64,000 nt of DNA from Alphaproteobacteria bacterium (GTDB taxonomy: Bacteria > Pseudomonadota > Alphaproteobacteria > Rs-D84): NCBI GenBank assembly GCA_031549365.1, contig JAVBPX010000001.1, positions 32,001 through 96,000 on the forward strand, in the 5' to 3' direction. Below are positions 1-9,626 of this stretch, piece by piece. Positions within the stretch are counted from its first letter, which is position 1. Every line of letters starts with the position of its first letter. The notes under the pieces are model-generated. The model was given only the letters and a program-made list of their open reading frames with translations. It did not search any database and was not told where the DNA came from. Made by a program: the position numbers and the translations under genes.

Positions 1-211
1 TAATAACAACGTTTGGCGCACCCTTTGGCGCAGTTGGACGATCCGGCCAATCTGGTTTTGAATTTAAAATACTGGTATTAATTTCGCCTTTAAACCCATC
101 ACTTGGTTTTGGCAATTGGGAATCTGCAAATACATTAAATGGAACGGCCGCCATCATTCCGGCGACCAAAGCAACAGTTTTACAAAAGCCGGATTTTTTG
201 TTTTTTTTCAT
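1..211 (-). CDS. Arylsulfatase (AtsA-like), N-terminal part, runs off window start
   Basis: Not in the ORF track; translated by hand from ATG 211: MKKNKKSGFCKTVALVAGMMAAVPFNVFADSQLPKPSDGFKGEINTSILNSKPDWPDRPTAPKGAPNVVI. Signal peptide followed by the F-x-G-x-I...SKPDWP...APKGAPNV sulfatase N-terminus; GGAGGG SD; directly downstream of a sulfatase maturase. Confidence 0.8.
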   Translation of the reverse strand, partial: MKKNKKSGFCKTVALVAGMMAAVPFNVFADSQLPKPSDGFKGEINTSILNSKPDWPDRPTAPKGAPNVVI

Positions 212-237
212 TTATCCCTCCTAAAATGAATTTCAAC

Positions 238-1392
238 TTATAATAGATTACCATATTTTTTACACAACTTCAACATCCTATTTTCAACTTCTTGAAAAAA
301 CATTGTATATCCTTCACATAAATAGTTCAGTCCGGCAGTTTCTTTGGGCAGAGGAACAAAACGTTTTTTTGGACATTCGCCACGGCATTTATCCAGCCAC
401 TTGCATTCAATACACTTGTTCGGCAAATTACTTTTTAATTTTGCAAATTCTTTTCTCTTATCAGAATCTGCTATCTCGGACAATTTTTGATTATTAACAT
501 TTCCATACTTGTATTCTGGATAAACAAAATGATCGCAAGCATAAACTGAACCATCCCTATCAATTGCCATTGCATGGGAACATTCTTTCTCGAAAAAACA
601 CATCTGAGGGCCACGTCCCAACCATTGCGATAAAAAGTTTTCGAATAAAAATACAAAAACTTTACCTTGATCATTTTCATACCAATGATTAAAAACTTGG
701 ATTAAAAATTTTCCCCAATCCTCGGGGGATACGGAAAATTCTTCCAGAATAATATCTTTGTCCCAAAATCCCGGAGCTGTACAACCATGATTTTTGACCT
801 CAACCGCTGGAATAAATTGCATATACTGCGATCCTAGTTTATTTTTCAGATATTCATATGTTTCAATTGGTCTCTTTGAATTTTTATTATTTATCACAGT
901 CAATGTATTATATGGAATATTATATTTCCTCAATAATCCAGAAACCTCGACAACTCTGTCTAAAACGGGTTTCCCGGAACCATCGACGCGATACGAATTT
1001 CCAATATCATCCCCATCGACCGACAACCCAACCAAAAAATGATTCGCTTGTAAAAATTCACACCACTCTTCATTTATTAATAAACCATTTGTCTGCAAAT
1101 CATTTTCAATTTGTTTTCCAACTGGACAATACTTTTTTTGCAATTCAATAACTCTTTTAAAAAAATCCAATCCTAATAATGTCGGCTCTCCACCATGCCA
1201 GGTAAAAAATATAGCATCTGAATTTTGCGCTTCTATGTACGAACTAATAAATTTATCCAGCGTTTCGTCATCCATTTCAGCATAACTGTTTAATGTCTTT
1301 GCCTTGCTTAAAAAATAGCAATATTTGCAATTCATATTGCACGCTGCGCCAATTGGTTTAATTGTCATATGAAAGTTTTTTGAAAAAGCCAT
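238..1392 (-). CDS. Anaerobic sulfatase-maturating enzyme (radical SAM/SPASM, anSME/AtsB family)
   Basis: CNMNCKYC radical SAM motif, WHGGEPTL, LQTNG, GLSVDG, YACDHFV and C-terminal CxxCxxxxxCxGECP SPASM cysteines. Confidence 0.93.
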   Translation of the reverse strand: MAFSKNFHMTIKPIGAACNMNCKYCYFLSKAKTLNSYAEMDDETLDKFISSYIEAQNSDAIFFTWHGGEPTLLGLDFFKRVIELQKKYCPVGKQIENDLQTNGLLINEEWCEFLQANHFLVGLSVDGDDIGNSYRVDGSGKPVLDRVVEVSGLLRKYNIPYNTLTVINNKNSKRPIETYEYLKNKLGSQYMQFIPAVEVKNHGCTAPGFWDKDIILEEFSVSPEDWGKFLIQVFNHWYENDQGKVFVFLFENFLSQWLGRGPQMCFFEKECSHAMAIDRDGSVYACDHFVYPEYKYGNVNNQKLSEIADSDKRKEFAKLKSNLPNKCIECKWLDKCRGECPKKRFVPLPKETAGLNYLCEGYTMFFQEVENRMLKLCKKYGNLL

Positions 1393-1547
1393 GTTAAAAA
1401 TCTCCTGTCAGAAACAGTATCTATAATTAACAAAAATATTTCAACTACATTCTTTAAAGATTTGATAAATTTGCCTTAATGCGATTTAAATCCCAGTGGC
1501 TCTATGCCTTGGGACACGATAAAATTATATTTATATAAACGCTAATT

Positions 1548-1576
1548 AAAATTGGCCCCGAACTGGGGCCAATTTT
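1548..1576. terminator. Intrinsic terminator downstream of lpoB-like gene
   Basis: AAAATTGGCCCC-gaact-GGGGCCAATTTT perfect inverted repeat with A/T tails. Confidence 0.8.
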
Positions 1577-1591
1577 GGTATAACATTTGTT

Positions 1592-2194
1592 TTACCAAGT
1601 TGGGGCTTTGGAACCCTCTTTGATAATTGGTTGTTCATGTTCCCAAACAGACAAACCCGTTTTGACTTCGGTCAAAGTTAATTGAAAATAATATTCAACA
1701 CGTTCACGGCGCGATAATTTAATGTTGCGCTGAATCATTTTACCCGTCAATGATAATTCAGGGGCAACCAATGTGCCTTTGCCCGCAATTGTATCTTGTT
1801 TATATTCGTCGTTGGCGCGTTGATCACGAACTGTGTTTGTCATAGTGTCTTCGCCTGTAATCGCAGTTTGAATTGCAACCTTGCCAGATGCCGTTAACTG
1901 TGAACGAATTTTTTTGATTAATAAATCCGTATCAATCCTTTGCATAGTATCATTTGTAATGCGGCCAATAACAATCGCATATTTTCCACCATTCGGTTTA
2001 TTCAAAGCATTCGATGCTAACAAATTGTCGGTGGCCTTGGTTGCAGCCTTTTCCCAATCACGATATTCCAATACCATCACGTGTTCCATGTCCGCAACTT
2101 CGTCTGGATTATCGGTATCCACAACATGAACGGGACTACATGCAGACATGGCGCCAACTGACAACAATGCTGCTATTAATGTTAATTTTTTCAT
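1592..2194 (-). CDS. LpoB-like lipoprotein (penicillin-binding protein activator family)
   Basis: Lipobox (MSAC), N-D-T-x-Q-R-I-D-T-D-L-L motif, YYFQLTLTEVKTGLSVW C-terminus typical of the LpoB/COG3417 family; follows a COG3014-like gene. Confidence 0.75.
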   Translation of the reverse strand: MKKLTLIAALLSVGAMSACSPVHVVDTDNPDEVADMEHVMVLEYRDWEKAATKATDNLLASNALNKPNGGKYAIVIGRITNDTMQRIDTDLLIKKIRSQLTASGKVAIQTAITGEDTMTNTVRDQRANDEYKQDTIAGKGTLVAPELSLTGKMIQRNIKLSRRERVEYYFQLTLTEVKTGLSVWEHEQPIIKEGSKAPTW

Positions 2195-2207
2195 TTTCTA
2201 CTCCTTT

Positions 2208-3608
2208 CTATAGTTCAATGATCTTTGGTTTAATTTTATGCCCGCGAATTGGTTGTCGAACATAAATCAAAGTATTTCCGTTGGCGTTTGTTTCCGCTGT
2301 GCCGATAATGGTACCATCTTGGATTATATTTATCAACCCGGAATTATTTTTTTCAATCCTAATTAAACGAACTCGATTCGGCAAACTGCTCCATGAACGC
2401 ACATCCGCACTGGTTGCACCAACACTGTATAATGCAGCAAATAATTGCCCGAAATCGCTACCATGTTCGGACGCCATATATTGAATTGATGCTTTGGTTA
2501 CCATGCTGGTTACTGCGCGCAATATACGATTGATATTGTATTCTTTAAATTCTGTCACAAACATTGTATCAACATCCGCCAATAATTGAGCCGCTTCGGT
2601 CTTATTCCCAGACTTAGCAATTATATTTAACCCAGCATCTGGATTAAATTTCGGAACAGGAATTGCGATTGATAAAAATTGAACCTTGTCCGACACCAAA
2701 AACGACGGCAAATCCAACCGACGCTCTTCCAAATTCGGGGCAAAACCAGATTCTATGATAACCCAAGCCGTTTTTGTCGGCCGAAATCCACGACCATTTG
2801 CCATTGCGGTCGCAACGGATAAATCACGCTGAATATGCGTATTTCCAATCGCCATACCAGACGCACGTTTTAAATATGTTACGGCATCCTCGTGGTCATT
2901 TCCGCCCGCGCCATAAATCATGAAATACAGCCCAGATAAATAAGTCAGTTCCGGAGATGTGATATCTGAAAACACGGCCCATTTATTTACTTGGTCATAT
3001 TCCGCATTAATTTCATGCATATATGATGATACTGCGCCACGTTCTGTTGGTGATAATTTTTCATCACTATCATACGCTTTATCTTTGCGCGATGAAATCA
3101 ATTTCCGAAATGTATCGGCGGCAACCTGTTGTTTTTCATAACCACGATTTACCATAATACGCGCCAAATCGGGATTTCCCATGGCCAAGGCATTCATAAT
3201 TTCATATTGCGATACAAATAACGCATCCATTCCATACGCAACATATTCATTAACATTATTGTTTATAATTGCGGCGGCGGATTCCTTCCATATGGCGCCA
3301 ATAATAGATCGCTCTTTTTTCATATCACGATCGGCCAATGAAAACACTTGGTCGGCCCCAGAATACAATCCATATTGAAACAATACATCGCCAGCATATA
3401 ATTTTTCCAATAAATTTAAATCTTTTAATTGTTTATAATCGTAATCACATACTTTTTTATCATCAACAAATTTATCCAACGCTGCACAATATTCACCATC
3501 ACCATACGTATCACGGAACGCGGACATACGCGAATAAACTGATGCCGAACATGCAGCCAGCAACATGATTAATAAAATACCACAGAACTGTTTCAACATA
3601 CGCGGCAT
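2208..3608 (-). CDS. COG3014-family TPR-like lipoprotein
   Basis: Lipobox LLAAC, helical N-terminal half, IIESGFAP and ADVRSWSSLP motifs characteristic of COG3014. Confidence 0.7.
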   Translation of the reverse strand: MPRMLKQFCGILLIMLLAACSASVYSRMSAFRDTYGDGEYCAALDKFVDDKKVCDYDYKQLKDLNLLEKLYAGDVLFQYGLYSGADQVFSLADRDMKKERSIIGAIWKESAAAIINNNVNEYVAYGMDALFVSQYEIMNALAMGNPDLARIMVNRGYEKQQVAADTFRKLISSRKDKAYDSDEKLSPTERGAVSSYMHEINAEYDQVNKWAVFSDITSPELTYLSGLYFMIYGAGGNDHEDAVTYLKRASGMAIGNTHIQRDLSVATAMANGRGFRPTKTAWVIIESGFAPNLEERRLDLPSFLVSDKVQFLSIAIPVPKFNPDAGLNIIAKSGNKTEAAQLLADVDTMFVTEFKEYNINRILRAVTSMVTKASIQYMASEHGSDFGQLFAALYSVGATSADVRSWSSLPNRVRLIRIEKNNSGLINIIQDGTIIGTAETNANGNTLIYVRQPIRGHKIKPKIIEL

Positions 3609-3710
3609 TTTAATTTATAAACACACAAAAAGCAAATTTATAAAAAAGTTGAAAGAATGATATTGATTCTGCTATGCTGTATCAGCACACAATAGCAAGA
3701 GGTATTTATC

Positions 3711-4487
3711 ATGCGAATAAAAAAACCAAACATAAACACAAATCATCCATTATTTTGGCCCGCATTATTTCTGGCAATCGGAATACTGATTGCTGGCGCA
3801 TCTGTTGGATACGGCGTATATCGCAGTCGCGCCATGCGCACCGTTACTGTCAAGGGGCTTGCCGAAACCGAGGTAGTCGCAGATTTTGCAATCTGGAATA
3901 TTTCTATGAACAAGGTTGGCGGGGATTTAACTGTCGTTCAAAAGCAAGTTGATATGGATTTGGAAAAAATGCGTACGTTTTTACAAAACCGAGGATTTAA
4001 TGAATCCGAAATTAAAACTCAAAGAATCAAAGTTCGCGATAAATTTACAGGATATTCCGAAATGCAAATTCGCGAAATGCAAAAAGCATCCATGAACAAA
4101 GAAAATTCTGATCGTTATGTGATTGAAACAGGATTAACTGTGCGATCATTGAACGTTGATTTAATTGATCGCGTATCTCGTGAATTGGGCGAATTGGTAA
4201 AACAAGGAATTACAATTGCCGAAGATTATTTTGGACCAATATTCATATTCAACGGATTAAATGACATCAAGGTTTCAATGATTGAATCCGCAACCAAAAA
4301 TGCACGCGCATCCGCAGAACAATTTGCACGCGATGCTGATGCAAAATTGGGCGACATTCAAACCGCGAATCAGGGTGTATTTACAATCGAAGCACGTGAT
4401 TCCTCTGACCCATGGGGCAACAACGAAAAACAATCAATTAATAAAAAAGTTCGCGTTGTATCCACGATCACATATTATTTAAAATAA
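3711..4487 (+). CDS. SIMPL domain (DUF541) protein
   Basis: RTVTVKGLAETEVVAD, NARASAEQFARD, ANQGVF and KKVRVVSTITYYL motifs; N-terminal TM helix; AGAGG SD. Confidence 0.88.
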   Translation: MRIKKPNINTNHPLFWPALFLAIGILIAGASVGYGVYRSRAMRTVTVKGLAETEVVADFAIWNISMNKVGGDLTVVQKQVDMDLEKMRTFLQNRGFNESEIKTQRIKVRDKFTGYSEMQIREMQKASMNKENSDRYVIETGLTVRSLNVDLIDRVSRELGELVKQGITIAEDYFGPIFIFNGLNDIKVSMIESATKNARASAEQFARDADAKLGDIQTANQGVFTIEARDSSDPWGNNEKQSINKKVRVVSTITYYLK

Positions 4488-4499
4488 CGGAGGTGTATT

Positions 4500-5294
4500 A
4501 TGAAAAAAATATTATTACCGATTGCCGCAATATCATTGTTTGCAATATCAGGTCCCGCCATGGCGGTATCTTTAACCGGTTTGGAAATTGGCGCTGGGGT
4601 ATCCCCAACATCCGGCGTTGGCGGATTTGTCGGGTACCATAATCCCGAATTAAAAAATTGGTTTTGGAAACGCATCGGTGTTCGCGCAGATTTTGCAACT
4701 ACATCCCCAATAAAATCATTATATGAAATAAACGATTATGAAATCGATGATGAAAATTATGATTTTGTTGCCGAATCACGACACATGGGCGCAATGTTGG
4801 ATATATATCCATTTGGCAATACATATTTTTTGGGCGGCATCCGTGTATCCGGCGGATATGTTGATGGCAAAATGAATGCAACTGCCGAAACAAATCCAAT
4901 GATTAACGAAAGTCCCATTTTTGAAATCGGTGATGAATATTATTTATATAACGGATCCGGTGTAATATCTGCGAATGGTGATTGGAAATTTTCTGGGCCA
5001 TACCTCGGGATGGGATTTAACGTTGGTTTATTTGCTGGTTTAAAAATTTATATGGATGCCGGCGTTGTATTTACCGACAAACCAGATATTGGATACAATG
5101 TTCCGCTGGATGGTTTGAATCAATGTACGGATTCAACATGTTCGGTTACGACCCCTGTTACTGGCGATCCAGCCGCAATCGCATTATTGAACACAGAAAT
5201 CAATAATCAAATCGAACAAATCAAAGACGATATTAATTTCGATAAAATGAAATATTATCCAATGCTAAAACTTGGTCTGATGTACCGGTTTTAA
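4500..5294 (+). CDS. Outer-membrane beta-barrel protein
   Basis: Signal peptide, alternating beta-strand pattern, PYLGMGF strand, C-terminal LGLMYRF Bam signal; GGAGG SD. Confidence 0.75.
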   Translation: MKKILLPIAAISLFAISGPAMAVSLTGLEIGAGVSPTSGVGGFVGYHNPELKNWFWKRIGVRADFATTSPIKSLYEINDYEIDDENYDFVAESRHMGAMLDIYPFGNTYFLGGIRVSGGYVDGKMNATAETNPMINESPIFEIGDEYYLYNGSGVISANGDWKFSGPYLGMGFNVGLFAGLKIYMDAGVVFTDKPDIGYNVPLDGLNQCTDSTCSVTTPVTGDPAAIALLNTEINNQIEQIKDDINFDKMKYYPMLKLGLMYRF

Positions 5295-5311
5295 AAAAAT
5301 TAATACCGTTA

Positions 5312-5338
5312 AAAAACCGCCATTTAATGGCGGTTTTT
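5312..5338. terminator. Bidirectional terminator between convergent OMP genes
   Basis: AAAAACCGCCAT-tta-ATGGCGGTTTTT. Confidence 0.85.
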
Positions 5339-5340
5339 CT

Positions 5341-6063
5341 TTAAAACATTAAACGCATGCCGGCGCGAACTTGATGGAACATTGGACGAAAATCTTTGAT
5401 TGTAACTGTGCCGACACCAATTGGATCTGTGGTGTCGATTGTAATATCAACTTTGTCCATCATAACCAAACGATATCCCAAATCCAACATCATGTATTTA
5501 TTTAACGATACTCCGAATCCAGCCATTGCATTAAATGCAAATGATTGATCATCCGATAATCCGCTGTTAACTGTAACTCCACCAACGCCATCCAATTTAT
5601 TCCAAGCATACCCTGCCCCAATTCCAATATATGGAACAAGTATTTGGTCTTCGAAACTTTGGTAATATTCACGAAATAATCCGTCCAAATAAATGTTTGC
5701 AAACAATATATCCGATTCGAATTTACCAACATATGTTTCATTCGACAATGGTTCATAAATTGATAAATTTTTACCACCCGAACTGACGTACGACAATTCC
5801 AAGCGCAAATTATTGATCACCGAAACACCCATGGATACATCGAAATTACTGGTGCCTTGGTTTGAAATGCGAACACCGGAATTTCCAGCAAATTCAGATT
5901 CAGTATACAAACTGTCGCCTGACAACATTGAATAAACATAACTGGCCCCAACGTAAAATGTATAATCATAACGATCACGCGCGGTTTGGGCCTGAACCCG
6001 AGGCACAGCAATGGCTGGGGTCGCAACGATGGATAAAATAACTGGTAATAATATTTTTTTCAT
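5341..6063 (-). CDS. Outer-membrane beta-barrel protein (8-stranded, opacity/OmpA-like)
   Basis: Signal peptide MKKILLP, PYIGIGAGYA, LDLGYR, C-terminal AGMRLMF; start moved to ATG 6063 with GGGG SD. Confidence 0.8.
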   Translation of the reverse strand: MKKILLPVILSIVATPAIAVPRVQAQTARDRYDYTFYVGASYVYSMLSGDSLYTESEFAGNSGVRISNQGTSNFDVSMGVSVINNLRLELSYVSSGGKNLSIYEPLSNETYVGKFESDILFANIYLDGLFREYYQSFEDQILVPYIGIGAGYAWNKLDGVGGVTVNSGLSDDQSFAFNAMAGFGVSLNKYMMLDLGYRLVMMDKVDITIDTTDPIGVGTVTIKDFRPMFHQVRAGMRLMF

Positions 6064-6075
6064 AATTGCCCCCAA

Positions 6076-6951
6076 TTAAAAATTTGAACGAATCGAAATC
6101 ATAAAATCATTCGATTGTAATGATTTACTGGAATCACCATCATACATAATGTCGGTTCCATTGTCCGTTAATACTTGCTGACGCCCAAAATTCACATAAT
6201 GATACGCCAAATCCAACATCAAAGTATCTGTGATATTAAATGAAATTCCAGCACCCAATTTAAATGATACATAACTTTCATCACCATCCATAACCCAATC
6301 ACCATTTGGCATTTCAATTGATGGGTAATCCATCAAACCAATTCCCGCACCAATTGTTAAATAAGGCACAATTGCCGTACGTTCAACAACATCACCCATA
6401 TAATGATAACGACGAACCAAATCAAAATTTGCATTAATCATTGCGCCGGTTGCGGATCGATTTAAATCTTTGGAATTAAATTTAATGGTTGAATTATCGG
6501 TTGTATCCATATTGAATTGATGATGCTCTAATCCCAAATCAAACCGCAACCAAGAAGTTGCATTCCAACCAACAGCCAATTGTCCAACCAAACCAAAACC
6601 CTGTTCAACATGCACAGATTCAGATGGCAAAGTACCATCATCCAACAAATCAATATTTCCCATCCCATGATCCGCACCAACACCAAATGTTAAATAAAAC
6701 GGAGTTTCAATGTACATCTTATAAACTTGATTATCTTTTACATCACCACGATATGCGGAACTACCAACCTCGCCCACGCGCTCTTCGACTACAATAACTT
6801 TTTCTTCGCGAATTGTTTCTTGCTTTGGGGCCAAGCCTGTTGCAATTTCATCCTTTAATTCACCCCAACGCTGACGCGGAACATCTGCGAACGCATTCAC
6901 AGTAATACTGGATAAAATCACAGTGGAAATAATGCCAACAAATTTATTCAT
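6076..6951 (-). CDS. Outer-membrane beta-barrel protein (opacity/OmpA-like)
   Basis: Signal peptide from ATG 6951 (AAGGTG SD), PYLTIGAGIG, LDLAYHYVNFG, terminal Phe. Confidence 0.78.
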   Translation of the reverse strand: MNKFVGIISTVILSSITVNAFADVPRQRWGELKDEIATGLAPKQETIREEKVIVVEERVGEVGSSAYRGDVKDNQVYKMYIETPFYLTFGVGADHGMGNIDLLDDGTLPSESVHVEQGFGLVGQLAVGWNATSWLRFDLGLEHHQFNMDTTDNSTIKFNSKDLNRSATGAMINANFDLVRRYHYMGDVVERTAIVPYLTIGAGIGLMDYPSIEMPNGDWVMDGDESYVSFKLGAGISFNITDTLMLDLAYHYVNFGRQQVLTDNGTDIMYDGDSSKSLQSNDFMISIRSNF

Positions 6952-7010
6952 ATTACACCTTAGTTTTTTATTCGCCTCTATTTTATCAAATATCCCGATT
7001 CCGGGCAAGC

Positions 7011-7036
7011 AAAAACCCCGCATAACGCGGGGTTTT
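7011..7036 (-). terminator. Terminator of the alpha operon (after rplQ)
   Basis: AAAACCCCGC-ataac-GCGGGGTTTT. Confidence 0.85.
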
Positions 7037-7053
7037 ATATTGTTGGTCAAATA

Positions 7054-7608
7054 TTAACCACCTGACACTGTGCGACGACGTGGTGCTGCCGCTTTGGTGC
7101 CTGATGCTTTGGCTGCCTTTGGTGCTGGTTTGTTTTCTTTTTCAACTTTTACTTTTTTTGTTTCTGCTTTTGGCATGGCTGCTTTGGCGGCTTCTTTCTT
7201 TTCGGCCATTTCAGCATGAACTTTTTTTGTTTTTGCGCCCTTGGCTGCAACATCACGATCAACCAATTCAATAATTGCCATTGGGGCCATGTCGCCATAA
7301 CGGAAACCAGCTTTTAAAACGCGAGTATATCCGCCCGGACGTTTTGCATAACGTGGTGCCAAAACAGTGAACAATTTTTTCACAGCTTCTTCGTCATTCA
7401 ATTGGGCCATCGCCAAACGACGATTCGCAACATTATCAACGCGAGCCATAGTAATTAATTTTTCAGCCACAGAACGCAAATCTTTTGCTTTGGGCAATGT
7501 GGTTTTGATTTGTTCGTGTTCAAACAAAGCAATTGTTAAATTTGAAAACAAAGCCTTTCTGTGGTTTGTTGTTCGGTTAAATTTTCTTCCGGACATTCCG
7601 TGTCTCAT
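7054..7608 (-). CDS. rplQ: 50S ribosomal protein L17 with Lys/Ala-rich C-terminal extension
   Basis: [20 protein letters not shown]...[10 protein letters not shown]...[12 protein letters not shown]. Confidence 0.98.
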   Translation of the reverse strand: MRHGMSGRKFNRTTNHRKALFSNLTIALFEHEQIKTTLPKAKDLRSVAEKLITMARVDNVANRRLAMAQLNDEEAVKKLFTVLAPRYAKRPGGYTRVLKAGFRYGDMAPMAIIELVDRDVAAKGAKTKKVHAEMAEKKEAAKAAMPKAETKKVKVEKENKPAPKAAKASGTKAAAPRRRTVSGG

Positions 7609-7700
7609 TTTACACTCCTGTGGTTATTCCCCATAATGGGATTGATTGAACAACGGGCCCAGAGATTTTTCTCTCCAGCACCCGTCGTGGTTTTAATGGC

Positions 7701-8729
7701 TTATTTATACGGATCTTCGTATTTTTTAGCCAATTCTTGAATGTTTTCTGGTGGCCACCCTGGTACAGTCATACCCAATGACAATCCCATGTTTTCCAAT
7801 TGCTCTTTGATTTCGTTCAAAGATTTGCGTCCAAAGTTTGGTGTTTTCAACATGTCCGCTTCGGTCTTTTGAACCAATTCACCCAAATAATTGATCTTGT
7901 CGTTTTTCAAACAGTTGTTTGCACGAACAGATAATTCCAATTCATCAACATGTTTCAACAATTTTGGATCAAATGGCAATACATCAACTTTTTTGTTTTC
8001 GCCATTGCCCAAACTTAATGTTGGATCTTCGAAATTAATGAACACGTTTAATTGATCTGTCAAAATGCGGGCAGCCAATGCAATTGCATCTTCCGGAGAT
8101 ACGCTACCGTTTGTTTTGATTGTCATATCCAATTTATCATAGTCTGTTTTTTGGCCAACACGTGCATTCGACACATCTACCGACACATTTAAAATCGGTG
8201 AATAAATCGAATCAACAGGAACAACACCCAGAGGCATGTTTTGTGCACGATTTTGATCTGCTGGGATATATCCTTTGCCTGTGTTCAAGAAAATTTCCAT
8301 ATCCAATGTTGCTCCTTCGCCCAAATGGCAAATAACAACGTCTTTGTTCATAACGGAAACGTTTGCAGGTGTTTCAATCATTGCTGATGTAACAACAGCA
8401 GGTCCCTTAACTTTCAATGTTGCTTTTCTGGAACCTTCGTCTTCTGCTTTGAAATAAACAGTTTTCAAATTCAATACGATATCAGTAACGTCTTCGCGAA
8501 CACCTGGAATTGTTGTAAATTCATGTTGAACACCATCAATTTTAATTGATGTCATTGCACAACCTTGTAATGACGACAATAAAACACGGCGCAATGCTGT
8601 GCCCAATGTCATTCCAAAGCCCTTTTCCAAAGGTTCCGCAGTCAAAGTTGCAATATTAGCGTTATCTTCGTTGACTTTCACAACGATTTTTTTTGGTTTA
8701 GACAGAGTCATCCAATTTTTTTCAATCAT
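7701..8729 (-). CDS. rpoA: RNA polymerase alpha subunit
   Basis: [23 protein letters not shown]; [11 protein letters not shown]; [13 protein letters not shown]. Confidence 0.99.
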   Translation of the reverse strand: MIEKNWMTLSKPKKIVVKVNEDNANIATLTAEPLEKGFGMTLGTALRRVLLSSLQGCAMTSIKIDGVQHEFTTIPGVREDVTDIVLNLKTVYFKAEDEGSRKATLKVKGPAVVTSAMIETPANVSVMNKDVVICHLGEGATLDMEIFLNTGKGYIPADQNRAQNMPLGVVPVDSIYSPILNVSVDVSNARVGQKTDYDKLDMTIKTNGSVSPEDAIALAARILTDQLNVFINFEDPTLSLGNGENKKVDVLPFDPKLLKHVDELELSVRANNCLKNDKINYLGELVQKTEADMLKTPNFGRKSLNEIKEQLENMGLSLGMTVPGWPPENIQELAKKYEDPYK

Positions 8730-8769
8730 TTTAATTCCCTTGGGCTTTGGTATTTATACAAATATTTAA

Positions 8770-9156
8770 TTATACGCGGCGACGTTTTTTTGCACGGCAA
8801 CCATTGTGTGGAACGCGCGTTGTGTCTGTGATCGAATTAACAACCAAACCAGCAACTTGCAATCCACGCACGGCGGCTTCGCGTCCGCCCCCTGGGCCTC
8901 GCATTAAAACATCAACTGTTTTCATACCATTTTCAGCTGCTTTTTTTGCAACGTTTTCCGCAACAACTGATGCAGCATAAGGCGTGGATTTTTTTGCACC
9001 CTTAAAGCTGTTTGCTCCGGCTGTTGCCCAACACAATACGGCACCTGTTGGATCGGTAATTGTAATTCTGGTGTTATTAAATGTTGCCAAAACGTGTGCC
9101 ACACCGTGACTAACTTTTTTAACAACTTTCTTTTTGTTTGCAGTTTTTAATGCCAT
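8770..9156 (-). CDS. rpsK: 30S ribosomal protein S11
   Basis: [20 protein letters not shown]. Confidence 0.98.
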   Translation of the reverse strand: MALKTANKKKVVKKVSHGVAHVLATFNNTRITITDPTGAVLCWATAGANSFKGAKKSTPYAASVVAENVAKKAAENGMKTVDVLMRGPGGGREAAVRGLQVAGLVVNSITDTTRVPHNGCRAKKRRRV

Positions 9157-9170
9157 TATTACAACTCCTA

Positions 9171-9548
9171 TTATTTACCCTTGGACGACGCACCGGCGAT
9201 TGCGATACGTTTACCTTTGCGTGTTCTGGCGTTTGTCTGAGTTCTCTGACCGCGAACTGGCAAACGGTTACGATGACGAATACCACGATATGCTTTCAAA
9301 TCTTGCAAACGTTTGATATTCATAGCAACATCACGACGAACATCACCTTCTACTTTGAAGTTTTCTTCGATATAGTTACGAATATTAATTACGTCTTGGT
9401 CTGTTAAATCCTTGGTGCGCATAGAATCTTTGAAACCCAAAGCTTTACAAATTTGTTTTGCGCGAACAGGACCAATCCCATAGATATAGGTCAAGCTGAT
9501 GACCAATCTTTTTTCTGTTGGAATATTTACCCCAGCGATACGAGCCAA
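9171..9548 (-). CDS. rpsM: 30S ribosomal protein S13 (TTG start)
   Basis: [26 protein letters not shown]; AAGGAG SD. Confidence 0.98.
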   Translation of the reverse strand: MARIAGVNIPTEKRLVISLTYIYGIGPVRAKQICKALGFKDSMRTKDLTDQDVINIRNYIEENFKVEGDVRRDVAMNIKRLQDLKAYRGIRHRNRLPVRGQRTQTNARTRKGKRIAIAGASSKGK

Positions 9549-9583
9549 TGTTATCTCCTTTTTTATTAACGTTTCAGGGCGCT

Positions 9584-9611
9584 ATTTTACAGCAGTTTCG
9601 TAAAAAGTCAA
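9584..9611 (-). promoter_or_regulatory. Putative sigma70 promoter of the alpha operon
   Basis: TTGACT-16 nt-TAAAAT on minus strand just upstream of rpsM. Confidence 0.55.
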
Positions 9612-9626
9612 CCCGTTTTTGATGCC

